A stretch of DNA of 64,000 nucleotides from an uncultured Planctomycetales bacterium (GCA_964583975.1 CAZOXU010000002.1:48667-112666); one strand, 5' to 3'. Positions 18,785 to 30,019 are shown, counted from the stretch's first letter. Notes: generated from the sequence alone by a model not told the origin. Numbers and translations are program-made.

Positions 18785-20467
18785 TTATAGTCCCTTATCT
18801 GTAACAGCGCCTTGTGAAGCACTAGTTACAAGTTTAGCATATTTTGCCAACACACCATGGGTATATCTTGGTTTTGGTTGCTTCCAAGATTTAAGGCGTT
18901 TTTTGATCTCAGTTGAGGCAACATTTAAATTAATCTGACGCTTGCTAGCATCAATGGTGATCGAATCGCCATTTTTAACGATAGCTAGCACGCCACCTGT
19001 ATAAGCCTCAGGAGTAATATGTCCAACCACAAAACCATGGCTACCACCTGAAAAACGGCCATCGGTAATTAAAGCCACATCTTTTCCCAATCCTCGGCCC
19101 ATAATCGCTGAGGTTGGTGAAAGCATCTCTCGCATCCCTGGTCCACCGCGAGGTCCTTCATAACGAATAACAATCACATCACCTTTAACAATCTTGCCCG
19201 CCAGAATAGCTTTCAAGGCTAATTCTTCCGAATCGTAAACTTTAGCTCGGCCGGTAAAAACCAAACCTTCCTTGCCTGTAATCTTAGCCACAGCACCTTC
19301 ACGGGCCAAATTTCCATAAAGGATAACCAAATGACCATCCTTTTTAATGGGATTATCAAAGCTTCGGATCACTTCCTGGCCAGCTGGATAAGGTTTTACA
19401 TCCTTTAAATTTTGAGCCACGGTCTTTCCAGTTACGGTCATGCAATCGCCATGTAAAAGCCCTCGATCTAAAAGCATCTTCATTAAAGGCAAGGTGCCAC
19501 CAATTTTGACCAATTCCATCATCACAAATCGACCTGAAGGTTTAAGATCAGCTAACACAGGAATCTTCTTGCCAATTCGAGTAAAATCATCAATCGTCAA
19601 ATTTACACCTGCTGCATGCGCCATAGCTGGCAAATGTAAAACAGCATTGGTCGAGCCGCCTAAAGCTGTTAAAACAGCAATGGCATTCTCAAAAGCTTTT
19701 TTGGTCATAATATCGCGTGGACGAATATTCTTTTCGAGTAAATTTAAAACAGCAGCTCCGGCTTGTCGACAATCAGCATTCTTTTCTTTAGAAACCGCCG
19801 CTTGAGCAGAGCTGTTAGGTAAACTCATACCGAGCGCCTCGATCGCTGAGGCCATAGTGTTAGCGGTGTACATTCCCCCACACGAACCAGGGCCTGGAAT
19901 AGCGCAAGATTCCACTGCTTTTAAATCATCATCCGAAATCTTTTTAGCTGCATGTTGTCCTACAGCTTCAAAAACCGAAACAATATCAGCATCCTTGCCC
20001 TTATAACAACCTGGGAGAATCGTTCCTCCATAAACAAACACTGCAGGGCGATTTAAGCGAGCCATAGCCATTAGACAGCCCGGCATATTCTTATCGCAAC
20101 CTCCAATGGCCACAAAGCCATCAAAGCCTTGGCAACCTACCACTGTTTCAATAGAATCAGCAATCACTTCTCGCGATACTAGGGAATATTTCATCCCCTC
20201 TGATCCCATCGAAATCCCATCAGAAACTGTAATGGTATTGAAAGTAATAGCCTTGCCGCCTGCCCCACTAACGCCTTCAGCAGCTCGGCGAGCTAAATCA
20301 TTGATATGAATATTACAAGGCGTCACTTCCGCCCATGTGGAAGCAATCCCGATCTGGGGTTTCTTGAAATCTTCATCTTTAAAGCCAACCGCACGGAGCA
20401 TCGAGCGGCTCGGGGCGCGATCAGCCCCATCAAGTACAATTTTGGAATATTTTCGTAAATTAGACAT
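18785..20467 (-). CDS. ilvD: Dihydroxy-acid dehydratase.
   Basis: 560 aa. Fe-S cluster Cys motifs ([16 protein letters not shown]); ILVD/EDD family. Confidence 0.9.
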   Translation of the reverse strand: MSNLRKYSKIVLDGADRAPSRSMLRAVGFKDEDFKKPQIGIASTWAEVTPCNIHINDLARRAAEGVSGAGGKAITFNTITVSDGISMGSEGMKYSLVSREVIADSIETVVGCQGFDGFVAIGGCDKNMPGCLMAMARLNRPAVFVYGGTILPGCYKGKDADIVSVFEAVGQHAAKKISDDDLKAVESCAIPGPGSCGGMYTANTMASAIEALGMSLPNSSAQAAVSKEKNADCRQAGAAVLNLLEKNIRPRDIMTKKAFENAIAVLTALGGSTNAVLHLPAMAHAAGVNLTIDDFTRIGKKIPVLADLKPSGRFVMMELVKIGGTLPLMKMLLDRGLLHGDCMTVTGKTVAQNLKDVKPYPAGQEVIRSFDNPIKKDGHLVILYGNLAREGAVAKITGKEGLVFTGRAKVYDSEELALKAILAGKIVKGDVIVIRYEGPRGGPGMREMLSPTSAIMGRGLGKDVALITDGRFSGGSHGFVVGHITPEAYTGGVLAIVKNGDSITIDASKRQINLNVASTEIKKRLKSWKQPKPRYTHGVLAKYAKLVTSASQGAVTDKGL

Positions 20468-20523
20468 GGGGTCCTTTTGTTTTTATATAACGACATCCGC
20501 CAAAGCTTTGTGGCGGATAACTT

Positions 20524-21141
20524 TTATTTTCTGACCAACCATGGTCGTTGTGTTTGAATTTTTTCTTCGTAGACAGAAAATTTATCAGCAAATTGCAAAC
20601 TCCAACCAATAGAATCTAACCCCTTAATCAAACATTCTTTGTTAAAAGCATCAATTTTAAAAGAATAGCTCTTAGAGCCTGCTTTGATGGTCTGGCTCGA
20701 TAAGTCTGCTGAAACCTGCGCACCTTTATTCTTTTTAGCGTATTCAAATAGTTCATCCACTTCTTTGGATTTTAACTGCACTAGCAAAATACCATTTTTA
20801 ACGCAATTATTAAAGAAGATATCGGCAAAGCTTGGAGCTATGATGACTCTAAAACCAAAATCTTCTAACGCCCATGGAGCATGTTCACGTGAAGAACCAC
20901 AACCAAAATTATCGCGAGTCAGTAAAACAGTGGCCTTGCGATAAGGCTCTTGGTTGAGGATAAAGTCAGGATTCTCCTGGGTCCCTTCATAATCCAGGTA
21001 ACGTAATTCATGAAACAAATGTTTACCAAATCCCTTTTTATCAATCTTCTTTAAAAATTGTTTGGGAATAATGGCATCAGTATCAACGTTGACTCTATCT
21101 AATGTTGCAGCAATTCCTGTGTGTGTCAAAAATGGTTCCAT
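20524..21141 (-). CDS. leuD: 3-isopropylmalate dehydratase small subunit.
   Basis: 205 aa. Aconitase swivel domain ([14 protein letters not shown]). Confidence 0.85.
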   Translation of the reverse strand: MEPFLTHTGIAATLDRVNVDTDAIIPKQFLKKIDKKGFGKHLFHELRYLDYEGTQENPDFILNQEPYRKATVLLTRDNFGCGSSREHAPWALEDFGFRVIIAPSFADIFFNNCVKNGILLVQLKSKEVDELFEYAKKNKGAQVSADLSSQTIKAGSKSYSFKIDAFNKECLIKGLDSIGWSLQFADKFSVYEEKIQTQRPWLVRK

Positions 21142-21143
21142 AA

Positions 21144-22547
21144 TTACCTCACATACTCTCTTAAATCAGCGATCTTTCCTTCTAAGGCGGCAATAGCTGC
21201 CATTTCAGGACTCATCAAATGAGTTCGTCCCCCAGGGCCTTGTCGGCCTTCAAAATTACGATTACTGGACGAGGCACAACGTTCGCCCTTCTTTAATTGA
21301 TCATCGTTCATACCTAAGCACATGGAACAGCCTGCAAAGCGCCACTCAAAGCCTGCTGCGATAAAAATTTTATCCAAGCCTTCTTTTTCAGCTTGAATAC
21401 GAACACGGCCAGATCCTGGAACTACAATTCCCTGAACACCTGGACGAATACGACGGCCGATTACCAGTTGGGCTGCCGCTCGTAAATCTTCGATACGGCC
21501 ATTAGTACAAGAACCAATAAAAACCTTGTCGATCTTAATATCATTCATCTTGGTACCTGGCTTTAAATCCATATAGGTTAAAGCATTGCGAGCAGCTGTA
21601 CGATCTACAGGATCTTTAAAACTATCTGGGTCAGGGACAACGCCATCAACACTGGTGACCTGCCCCGGACTTGTCCCCCATGTGACCATAGGAGAAATAT
21701 CCTTAGCCTTGATATTTAAGACCTTATCAAATTTAGCATCCTTATCACTGGGCAATGTTTTCCAAAATTTTACAGCTTTATCCCAATCTGCTCCCTTGGG
21801 TGCAAAATCACGACCTTGGATATAGCTAAATGTCACATCATCAGGAGCAATCATTCCTGCTCTGGCGCCTGCCTCGATCGACATATTACAAATGGTCATA
21901 CGAGCTTCCATACTTAAATTACGAATGGTCGAGCCAGCATATTCAATAACATACCCTGTTCCACCAGCTGTTCCAATTTGACCGATGATATAAAGAATAA
22001 TATCTTTGGAAGTCACTCCGCTTTTTAGTTCTCCATCGATATTAATAAGCATTGTTTTAGCTCGATTTTGCTGCAAAGTCTGGGTGGCTAAAACATGCTC
22101 TACTTCGGAGGTTCCAATACCAAAGGCCAAGGCACCAAATGCCCCATGAGTGGCTGTGTGAGAGTCCCCACAAACAATGGTCATCCCAGGCAAGGTCAAG
22201 CCTTGTTCTGGGCCGATAACATGCACAATGCCCTGGTTTTCATCAGCAAAATCATACAATTTAACGCCAAATTCCTGGCAATTTTTAGACAAGGTGTCCA
22301 TTTGAGTACGAGAAGTCATCTCGACCTTGGTAATATCCTTGGTTTTGGTAGACACATTATGATCCATGGTTGCAAAGGTTTTTTGCGGTTGGCGGACGGT
22401 TCTTTTGGTCTCACGAAGGGCAGCAAAGGCCTGAGGAGATGTGACCTCATGGATCAGATGTAAATCAATATAAATCAAAGAAGTATCCCCCTGCGATTCA
22501 CGTACCAGGTGGTCTTCCCAAATCTTTTCGTATAACGTTTTACCCAT
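21144..22547 (-). CDS. leuC: 3-isopropylmalate dehydratase large subunit.
   Basis: 467 aa. Aconitase family ([24 protein letters not shown]; the Cys ligands are present). Confidence 0.9.
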   Translation of the reverse strand: MGKTLYEKIWEDHLVRESQGDTSLIYIDLHLIHEVTSPQAFAALRETKRTVRQPQKTFATMDHNVSTKTKDITKVEMTSRTQMDTLSKNCQEFGVKLYDFADENQGIVHVIGPEQGLTLPGMTIVCGDSHTATHGAFGALAFGIGTSEVEHVLATQTLQQNRAKTMLINIDGELKSGVTSKDIILYIIGQIGTAGGTGYVIEYAGSTIRNLSMEARMTICNMSIEAGARAGMIAPDDVTFSYIQGRDFAPKGADWDKAVKFWKTLPSDKDAKFDKVLNIKAKDISPMVTWGTSPGQVTSVDGVVPDPDSFKDPVDRTAARNALTYMDLKPGTKMNDIKIDKVFIGSCTNGRIEDLRAAAQLVIGRRIRPGVQGIVVPGSGRVRIQAEKEGLDKIFIAAGFEWRFAGCSMCLGMNDDQLKKGERCASSSNRNFEGRQGPGGRTHLMSPEMAAIAALEGKIADLREYVR

Positions 22548-22623
22548 AATAATGACCCCTTTTCTATCAATTAAAGAAAGGTCATTATAATCAGGAAGCG
22601 GCTAGATTTCAAGGGTTTATCAA

Positions 22624-23901
22624 TTATCTCTCAAGGATAACTGCAGCTCCTTGACCGCCGCCAATACACAAAGAAACTAACCCAAGATTTTGATTAGTGC
22701 GGTTTAAATGCTTGAGCATGGTAAGGATAAGTCTGGCTCCTGTAGTACCAACAGGGTGACCTAAAGCAATGGCTCCCCCGTGGATATTAAGTCGGGCTGG
22801 ATCAATATCACCTGTATAACCATCAAAACCATTGTCTTGAGCAAACTTAGAAGAAGAAAGGGCCTTCAAGCAAGCAATGACCTGAGCAGCAAAGGCTTCA
22901 TTGATTTCAATAGCTTGCATATCAGCTAATTTTAAGCCAGTTTTCTTAAGAACTTTGGGGATCGCATAAGCAGGTCCAATTCCCATTCGTGAAGGATCTA
23001 CTCCAGAAAAAGCAAAACCACGGATATATCCTAATGGCTTTAAACCTAATTCTTTGGCTCGACTTTCCGACATTACGATCAGAGCAGCAGCTCCGTCTGT
23101 GACTTGAGAGGAATTACCAGCAGTCACAGTACCTGTGCCTTTTTCAAAGAATGGTCTTAATTTAGCCAAAGCTTCAAATGTTTGACCTTCGCGAGGGCCA
23201 TTATCATCTGTCACAGCTTCTTTATATTTTGGCCCTGGAATGACAGGAACAATTTCTTCTCTTAAGATACTTTTAGATGCTACCGCTTTTGTATGGCTTT
23301 CTAAGGAAAATTTGTCTTGATCATTTCTACTAATACCATATTCTTTAGCTAATACTTCTGCTGTTTGTCCCATGTTTAAACCACAGGCTGGATCAGTCAA
23401 TCCCAAAGCCAGACCAATCTTAGGATTCAATAAATGCTCAGGTCGAAATTTTGAAAAAGCCATTAAACGATCAGGTAAGGTTTTAGCTTTACTTAAGCCC
23501 ATAAAAATCTCTTGAGCGGCTTTGCTATAAAAAAATGGAATATTACTCATCGATTCTGTTCCACCCGCCAAAATACAACGACCTTCACCCACTTGAATTT
23601 TAATAGCAGCAGACACAACAGCTTCTATACCAGAGGCACAATTACGATGCACCGTATAAGCAGGCACAGACTTAGGAACACCAGCACCTAAGCCAATAAC
23701 ACGAGCAATATTAGCAGCATCCGCAGGTTGACCAACACAACCAAAGATCACTTCATCAAAATTATTCACATCAAAACCTGAACGTTCGATAAGTTCTCGA
23801 GCCGCAATACGCCCTAATTCCTGAGCGCTAAGATAATTAAAAGCCGTATTCATTTTACAAAATGGTGTTCTGATTCCATCAATGATTGCAATACGTTCCA
23901 T
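22624..23901 (-). CDS. Acetyl-CoA C-acetyltransferase (thiolase II).
   Basis: NCASGIEAV (active Cys), GGAIALGHPVGTTG, CIGGGQGAA (C-terminal Cys). 425 aa. Confidence 0.85.
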   Translation of the reverse strand: MERIAIIDGIRTPFCKMNTAFNYLSAQELGRIAARELIERSGFDVNNFDEVIFGCVGQPADAANIARVIGLGAGVPKSVPAYTVHRNCASGIEAVVSAAIKIQVGEGRCILAGGTESMSNIPFFYSKAAQEIFMGLSKAKTLPDRLMAFSKFRPEHLLNPKIGLALGLTDPACGLNMGQTAEVLAKEYGISRNDQDKFSLESHTKAVASKSILREEIVPVIPGPKYKEAVTDDNGPREGQTFEALAKLRPFFEKGTGTVTAGNSSQVTDGAAALIVMSESRAKELGLKPLGYIRGFAFSGVDPSRMGIGPAYAIPKVLKKTGLKLADMQAIEINEAFAAQVIACLKALSSSKFAQDNGFDGYTGDIDPARLNIHGGAIALGHPVGTTGARLILTMLKHLNRTNQNLGLVSLCIGGGQGAAVILER

Positions 23902-23910
23902 ATTCTCCCC

Positions 23911-25392
23911 CTAATTTTTAGGCCTAATATCTAGGATTCGTTTTTCTTTGTTAGCTGTTTCTAATTCCAATCTCTTGACCATTTCATTGAGCGGAATAAA
24001 TTTTACTTCATTGGGAGCCAATTCGGTCGCACCCATTAATTTATCTCGAAGCATATCACAAAAAGATTTTTCATTAATCTGCCCACGAGGCGTTATATAA
24101 ACAACTATTTCATCGCTGTCATAAGGATCATTGTTATGTTTACGAATTTCAATTTGCCATTCATCAATTTCTGCCACATCATTGAGCACTTCGGCAAAAT
24201 GATTCAAATTCACCAACATTCCCTTAATCTTAGAAAGATTAAGCTCTTTGGAGTCAGATAAACGAGAAATATCACTGGATAAACGAAGTGTGGTACGGCC
24301 ACAATAAGGACAAGCCCCATAGGTGATACCACCTTTAACAAAATCGCCAGTACGATATCGAATCACAACCGAAGCCCTGGCATCTAAGGACGTATAAACC
24401 AACTCCCCATCTTCGCTTAAATTCTTAACTTCTCCTGTCTGAGGATCAATAATTTCAAAAATTTCTTTATCAGGATATAAATGATAACCACTAGAAAGAT
24501 TATTCTGTGTCGGACATTCAGCCCAAGCCGTTTTACTTTCCGTAAATCCATAGGTCCCAAAAATAAGCACATTTTTAGCCCCACATTCACTCAACATCTC
24601 AGCCAACTTCATTTTGTAACCTGTTGTGACCTTGGCAGCTCCTAAAACAATCTTCTTTATAAATGACAGATCTTGTTTACGTTCGATTGCCATGCGAACA
24701 AGATGATAGATATAGCTTGGCACACCTAAAATCACCGAAGGTCTGGTACGAGATAAAGCAATTAAATTTCCTTCTGTTCCCATAACCTTCCCACCACCTG
24801 TGCTTAGCGCAAAAACATTGGCCTCAAGGGCTCCAAAAAAAGTTTGCCAAAAAGCTAGATGCGGTGCAAAAGGGAAAATATTCATAATCTTTTCATCGGC
24901 CTTAATATCAAAAAGGCTAACCATCCGAGAACCAGATGTATTTAAATTATCAATATCATGACGACTATAGGTAAATGGAACAGGAGAATTTGTTGTGCCA
25001 GTTGTAAAAGTCATAAAAATTGGCCGATAATCTTTGGCCAAGTCATCCTGAACCTTTTCTTTTCCTTCAATCAAAGATTTAAGCGCCAGTTGAATCAGTT
25101 TGCTTTTAGGCCAAAACTTACGGATCTTTTCTTGGTCTGGCTGGAGAATAAAATCTTTAAACTTCTGAGGATTATCTTTATCAACCAGATTTAATTTGGT
25201 GGAAAATGGAATACGTTTTAAATCTTCAACTTTTTGAATATCTAAAGGGTTAATTCGATTATCATCAAAGAGTTTACGGTAATGTGGACTAAAAGGATAT
25301 ACGTGATTATTTATAAAACTATGAAGGGTTACATCTTGAAGAGCTTTGACTTCGTCGTAAGTAAGCGATGCAATATTTTTCCAAGGATTCAT
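23911..25392 (-). CDS. Phenylacetate-CoA ligase-family (PaaK/CapK/F390-synthetase-like) adenylate-forming enzyme.
   Basis: 493 aa. The N-terminal region is like PaaK-family proteins. TTGTTNSP is a degenerate AMP-binding P-loop. Confidence 0.6.
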   Translation of the reverse strand: MNPWKNIASLTYDEVKALQDVTLHSFINNHVYPFSPHYRKLFDDNRINPLDIQKVEDLKRIPFSTKLNLVDKDNPQKFKDFILQPDQEKIRKFWPKSKLIQLALKSLIEGKEKVQDDLAKDYRPIFMTFTTGTTNSPVPFTYSRHDIDNLNTSGSRMVSLFDIKADEKIMNIFPFAPHLAFWQTFFGALEANVFALSTGGGKVMGTEGNLIALSRTRPSVILGVPSYIYHLVRMAIERKQDLSFIKKIVLGAAKVTTGYKMKLAEMLSECGAKNVLIFGTYGFTESKTAWAECPTQNNLSSGYHLYPDKEIFEIIDPQTGEVKNLSEDGELVYTSLDARASVVIRYRTGDFVKGGITYGACPYCGRTTLRLSSDISRLSDSKELNLSKIKGMLVNLNHFAEVLNDVAEIDEWQIEIRKHNNDPYDSDEIVVYITPRGQINEKSFCDMLRDKLMGATELAPNEVKFIPLNEMVKRLELETANKEKRILDIRPKN

Positions 25393-25434
25393 ATTACATA
25401 GTTTAGTATAGAGGCTTGCTTGCTGCTAGCGAAA

Positions 25435-25477
25435 TCCAAAAAAATAACCCTGCACCATTTCGATGCAGGGTTATTTT
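25435..25477 (-). terminator. Rho-independent terminator downstream of the small secreted-protein gene.
   Basis: A perfect 11-12 bp stem, AATAACCCTGCA...TGCAGGGTTATT. On the minus strand it is followed by a T run (plus-strand A run at 25435-25443). Confidence 0.6.
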
Positions 25478-25500
25478 AAAACATCATTTATTACTTAAGC

Positions 25501-25794
25501 TTAATAACCTGTTTTCTTTTCAACAGCTTCAACTGGAGCAGAAGCATCTTTTTCAACCGCATCACCTTTAACTTCATCCATGGCTTCGTTATTTTCTTCA
25601 TCCATGGTTACATCAGCATCGGTTTCTTCATTTGCGGCAGAATTATCGAAAACCATATTGTCCGCAACAGTATTACCCATTACAGCATTATCCATTGCTA
25701 CAGCTTTTCCTGTTTCAGCTTCTTGGGCTGCGACAAAACGCACACCAGCAAAAGCGAAAATTGCAACTAATGCGATTGATAAATACTTTTTCAT
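25501..25794 (-). CDS. Small acidic secreted protein, hypothetical.
   Basis: Signal peptide MKKYLSIALVAIFAFAGVRFVAAQ. The mature part is D/E/N-rich and low-complexity. 97 aa. Confidence 0.4.
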   Translation of the reverse strand: MKKYLSIALVAIFAFAGVRFVAAQEAETGKAVAMDNAVMGNTVADNMVFDNSAANEETDADVTMDEENNEAMDEVKGDAVEKDASAPVEAVEKKTGY

Positions 25795-25824
25795 TTCTTC
25801 CTCCTAATGTTGATTTGTTGAATG

Positions 25825-26925
25825 TTAAATTTTACAAAGCTTCTTAGACTTCTCTTCGATAGATCCCATAAGTTCATCAAAAGACTTTTCAAAGGCAACA
25901 ATGCCTTCTTCAAGAAGTTTGTTACAAACTATACCCACATCAATGCCTTTTTCTCGTAGCGAAGTTATTAACAGTTGAGCTCCTGCGACATTGCCAGGCA
26001 AGGCTAACTTTGATACGCCATGATCCAAAACAGCCAACAATGTTTTATCTGGAACAGTATTGACCGTATCAGCTGCTATCAATTCGGTAATATATTTGAT
26101 ATCGCTATACTTAGCATCCTTAGTTCCTGTAGAAGCCCAAAGCACTCTTTGGGTATGAGCACCTATCGCTTGCAAAGATTTAAACTCGTCTGAAGCAAAT
26201 AATTGTTGAAATTTATGGTAAATAATCTGAGAATTTGCCACCGCTGCTTGACCCCGTAAGTTAGACGATTTATTATCATCCAACCATTTATCAATACTTG
26301 TATCAATACGGCTTACAAAAACACTGGCTACCGAGCGAACCTTACTTAAATCGCCACCTTTTTGTTGCAGCGCTTTTAATCCTTTAATATAACTCCAGGC
26401 GATTTCGGTATATTGTTCAGCTGAAAAAATAAGTGTTACATTGACATTAACACCCTCAGCGATTAATCCTTCAAAAACCTTCATCCCATTTTTAGTTCCT
26501 GGAACCTTGATCATGACATTAGGACGATTCAAAGCTTTCCAAAGACGTAACCCTTCTTTTAATTGGCTTTCATATTCATTGGCAAGCTTAGGATTGATTT
26601 CTAAACTGACATAGCCATCTAAGCCATTAGTTTTTTCATAAACACCTTTAAAAAGATCAGCTGCATCAGCGACGTCTTTAATGGTAAGTGCATCATAGAT
26701 TTCAAATGTGCTCTTTCCTGCCTCGGCCAAAGCTTGGATCTTTTGGTCATAATCACTGCTAGTTGAAATAGCTTGTTTAAAAATGGTGGGGTTTGATGTT
26801 TGTCCGCGTAATCCTTGATCAATTAAACCTTGAAGTTGACCACCTGTAATCATGGAGCGACTAATATTATCAATCCACAGGCTTTGACCAAGATTAGCTA
26901 AATCGAAAAGAATAGTTTTTGCCAT
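25825..26925 (-). CDS. tal: Transaldolase (long form).
   Basis: MAKTILFDLANLGQSLWIDNISR...; 366 aa. Confidence 0.85.
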   Translation of the reverse strand: MAKTILFDLANLGQSLWIDNISRSMITGGQLQGLIDQGLRGQTSNPTIFKQAISTSSDYDQKIQALAEAGKSTFEIYDALTIKDVADAADLFKGVYEKTNGLDGYVSLEINPKLANEYESQLKEGLRLWKALNRPNVMIKVPGTKNGMKVFEGLIAEGVNVNVTLIFSAEQYTEIAWSYIKGLKALQQKGGDLSKVRSVASVFVSRIDTSIDKWLDDNKSSNLRGQAAVANSQIIYHKFQQLFASDEFKSLQAIGAHTQRVLWASTGTKDAKYSDIKYITELIAADTVNTVPDKTLLAVLDHGVSKLALPGNVAGAQLLITSLREKGIDVGIVCNKLLEEGIVAFEKSFDELMGSIEEKSKKLCKI

Positions 26926-26967
26926 ATTTTCCTTTGTAGAGGCACAGCATGCCGTGACCCTACATAA

Positions 26968-27909
26968 TTATTTCCGTTTAATTACGTTTTTAACAGCCTG
27001 AACAATATTGATATCTTTAAGACCAAAATGAGACATTAATTGTGCTGGTGTTCCAGATTCACCGAATGAATCTTTGACTCCAATCATTTCTACAGGACAT
27101 GGGCAATTTTGGGCCACTACTTCAGCCACAGCAGAACCTAATCCACCATTGATTTGATGCTCTTCTGCTGTCACAATCGCTCCAGTCTCCTTCACCGATT
27201 CAACAATAGCGCTAACATCAATAGGCTTGATCGTATGCATATTAAGAACTCTTATTTCCAATCCTTCTTTTTTCAAAATTTCAGCAGCGGCTAAAGCTTC
27301 AGCAACCATAACGCCACAGGCAATAATGGTAGCATCTTTGCCCTTACGCATCACATTGGCTTTGCCCACAATAAAAACATCTTCTTCCTTGGTAATCACA
27401 GGTAGTGGGGCGCGGGACGTTCTCATATAAAAAGGACCATATTCTTTAACAATCGCACGGGTGGCTCGCTTAGCTTCGAGATAATCACACGGACAAATGA
27501 CCTTCATATTGGGTAAAACACGCATGATGGCAAAGTCCTCTAAACATTGAGCCGAAGCGCCATCTTCTCCCACCGTAACGCCACCATGAGAACAAACAAC
27601 CTTAACATTGGTATTGTTATAGCAGACATCCAAGCGGATCATGTCATAAGCTCGATTGGTCAGAAACACGGCAAACGAGGTTGCAAAAGCCACATAACCT
27701 TGGGTACTTAAACCAGCGGCCGTACCCACCACGTCTTGTTCGGTAATGCCTAAATTAAAAAAGCGATCTGGAAATTCTTTTTTGAAATACTCAGCACGTG
27801 TAGCATCTTCAAGATCTCCTGAGCAAACAACGATATTCTCATTGACCTTACCTAAAGTCACCATCTCTTCACCAAAACCATCGCGTGTTGGAGTAGGTTT
27901 ATAGTCCAT
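26968..27909 (-). CDS. Transketolase, C-terminal (pyrimidine-binding) subunit of a split enzyme.
   Basis: 313 aa. It follows the N-terminal subunit, which abuts at 27909. Confidence 0.85.
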   Translation of the reverse strand: MDYKPTPTRDGFGEEMVTLGKVNENIVVCSGDLEDATRAEYFKKEFPDRFFNLGITEQDVVGTAAGLSTQGYVAFATSFAVFLTNRAYDMIRLDVCYNNTNVKVVCSHGGVTVGEDGASAQCLEDFAIMRVLPNMKVICPCDYLEAKRATRAIVKEYGPFYMRTSRAPLPVITKEEDVFIVGKANVMRKGKDATIIACGVMVAEALAAAEILKKEGLEIRVLNMHTIKPIDVSAIVESVKETGAIVTAEEHQINGGLGSAVAEVVAQNCPCPVEMIGVKDSFGESGTPAQLMSHFGLKDINIVQAVKNVIKRK

Positions 27910-28730
27910 TATTTTAATTCCCCTAAAGCAGCTGTCAGTTGTTCTTGATTAGGAGCCTTACCGTGCCAGGCACACTTACCTTCCATAAATGAAATGCCTT
28001 TACCTTTAACTGTATTAGCAATAATTACCGTTGGTTTACCCTTGGTATTTTTAGCTTCATCAAAAGCTGCAATCAAACTTTGGATATTGTGACCATCAAC
28101 AGCGATCGCCTTCCATCCGAAAGAAGTCCACTTGTCGGTCAATGGCTCCAAATCTTTGATTTCTTGTGTGGGACCATTTTCCTGGACCTTGTTGTAATCA
28201 ACAATGGCACAAACATTATCTATTTTATGATGAGCAGAAGTCATGGCAGCTTCCCAGACAGAACCTTCTTGGATTTCTCCGTCACCCATTAAGCAGTAGG
28301 TTCTAAAGGTTTTGCCACGCATTCTTGCACCTAAAGCAATACCGTTAGCATAGGACAAGCCATGACCTAAGGATCCTGTATTAAATTCAACCCCAGGGAC
28401 CTTAGTATGCACATGACCTTGCAAACGTGCTCCAAATTTTCGAAAGGTTTTTAATTCTTCTTTAGGAAAATAGCCAAAATTAGCTAGAGTGACATAAACA
28501 ACTGGTGAGACATGCCCTTTAGAAACGATTAAACGATCTCTGCCATCCCAGGCTGGTTCTTTAGGGCGATGATTTAACGTATGGCCATAAAGAGCTAGCA
28601 TAATTTCAACGGCAGATAAAGACCCTCCTGGATGGCCCGAGCCAGCCAACTGCAGAGTTTCTAAAATATCTTTACGTAAAACAACGGCTTGTTTTTTGAG
28701 TGATTGAAGATCGATATCTTGAACGGACAT
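27909..28730 (-). CDS. Transketolase, N-terminal (TPP-binding) subunit of a split enzyme.
   Basis: 273 aa. TPP-binding GDGEIQEGSVWEA and GSLGHGLS. Confidence 0.85.
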   Translation of the reverse strand: MSVQDIDLQSLKKQAVVLRKDILETLQLAGSGHPGGSLSAVEIMLALYGHTLNHRPKEPAWDGRDRLIVSKGHVSPVVYVTLANFGYFPKEELKTFRKFGARLQGHVHTKVPGVEFNTGSLGHGLSYANGIALGARMRGKTFRTYCLMGDGEIQEGSVWEAAMTSAHHKIDNVCAIVDYNKVQENGPTQEIKDLEPLTDKWTSFGWKAIAVDGHNIQSLIAAFDEAKNTKGKPTVIIANTVKGKGISFMEGKCAWHGKAPNQEQLTAALGELK

Positions 28731-28795
28731 AGGTCGAATTATATATTTAAATGATGAATTTTGCTAACTAAATTACACCGTTAAAATAATAAGAG

Positions 28796-28868
28796 TGGGA
28801 CATGCTGGGCTTGAACCAGCCACCTACTGATTAAGAGTCAGTCGCTCTACCAGATGAGCTAATGTCCC
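28796..28868 (-). tRNA. tRNA-Lys (anticodon CTT).
   Basis: Minus-sense GGGACATTAGCTCATCTGGTAGAGCGACTGACTCTTAATCAGTAGGTGGCTGGTTCAAGCCCAGCATGTCCCA. It folds as a cloverleaf: 7-bp acceptor stem, D stem GCTC/GAGC, anticodon stem ACTGA/TCAGT with loop CTCTTAA, and T stem GCTGG/CCAGC. CCA is not encoded. Confidence 0.85.
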
Positions 28869-28916
28869 GAAAATGAAAGCGATAATATAGCAGAACTTAC
28901 GCTTTACATCAAAGAT

Positions 28917-29372
28917 TTATTTCATTCTTATTTTAAAAACCAACTTCTTTACTCGATTTTTATTATTTTGATACAGGCATGCTGGCCTGTGTGCTTGGCC
29001 AGGATAGAAAATGGTAAATTGACCTTCTTTTACGACAATATCTGTAATAAATGTTTCAGCTTTGTAAAATTGATAATCTCCTACTTTGTCGTACTCAGTC
29101 ACAGCTGTCAACGATTCTGATGAAGTTACCTGCATCAATTCAACACCTGAAACAACATATTGAAGATCAGCATTAACCTGATGGGTTTCAAATCGGTTTT
29201 CCGTGGCAGGCTTAGGTTCATATTCCATCACCTTGACGAACAGGTTTTGACCATCAATATCAATCTGACCAGGCTGTAACTTTAAACAATCGTTCTCTTT
29301 AATAAACTTCAAGATTTTTTCAGCATAAGGAAAAGAATATCTGGATAAATTATTTATGGAATCAAAGATCAT
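28917..29372 (-). CDS. YhcH/YjgK/YiaL-family (DUF386) protein.
   Basis: 151 aa. MIFDSINNLSRYSFPYAEKILKFIKEND...QPGQIDIDGQNLFVKVMEYEPK. Confidence 0.65.
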   Translation of the reverse strand: MIFDSINNLSRYSFPYAEKILKFIKENDCLKLQPGQIDIDGQNLFVKVMEYEPKPATENRFETHQVNADLQYVVSGVELMQVTSSESLTAVTEYDKVGDYQFYKAETFITDIVVKEGQFTIFYPGQAHRPACLYQNNKNRVKKLVFKIRMK

Positions 29373-30019
29373 AGTACTCCCTGAAAGCTTTTTCGATGAA
29401 TGATCGATGGGCCAAATTCTATAATTGCTTTTTTATGTGATTGTGTTGGATAACCCTTATGTCCTTTAAAACCATATTGAGGATAAATTTGATCAAAATT
29501 ATCCATGAGCCTATCTCTGTAGGTTTTAGCAATAATTGAAGCGCAAGCGATCGATAAGCTAGCTGCATCTCCCCCAACGATACTTTGGAATTTATAAGGC
29601 AATTGGGTTTTGAAACTATTACCATCTACCAAAATCTTAACTTGGGCAACGGATACTTCTGACTCGGTTTGTTTGCGGATCTGTGCAATTAAACGCACAA
29701 CCGCCATTTCCATGGCATAAAAAGTTGCGTTTAAAATATTAATTTGATCTATTCCAACTTCAGAAATAAAGCCTATTCCAATATAGGCACGCTCTTGAAT
29801 CTCATGAAAAGCTTTTTGGCGTGCTAGAGCAGTTAATTTCTTAGAATCATCAATACGACAGGTAAAATCAAAATCCTTTAAACATACGGCTGAGGCGACC
29901 ACTGGTCCTGCTAAAGGACCTCGCCCTGCCTCATCTACACCTAAAACAAAACGGAAGCCCTGATTTTGGGCTTCCGTTTCATATTTAAGACTATGCTCTA
30001 ACCTATTGTTAGCTGGCAT
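29369..30019 (-). CDS. rnhB: Ribonuclease HII.
   Basis: VLGVDEAGRGPLAGPVVASAV. Confidence 0.9.
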   Translation of the reverse strand: MPANNRLEHSLKYETEAQNQGFRFVLGVDEAGRGPLAGPVVASAVCLKDFDFTCRIDDSKKLTALARQKAFHEIQERAYIGIGFISEVGIDQINILNATFYAMEMAVVRLIAQIRKQTESEVSVAQVKILVDGNSFKTQLPYKFQSIVGGDAASLSIACASIIAKTYRDRLMDNFDQIYPQYGFKGHKGYPTQSHKKAIIEFGPSIIHRKSFQGVL

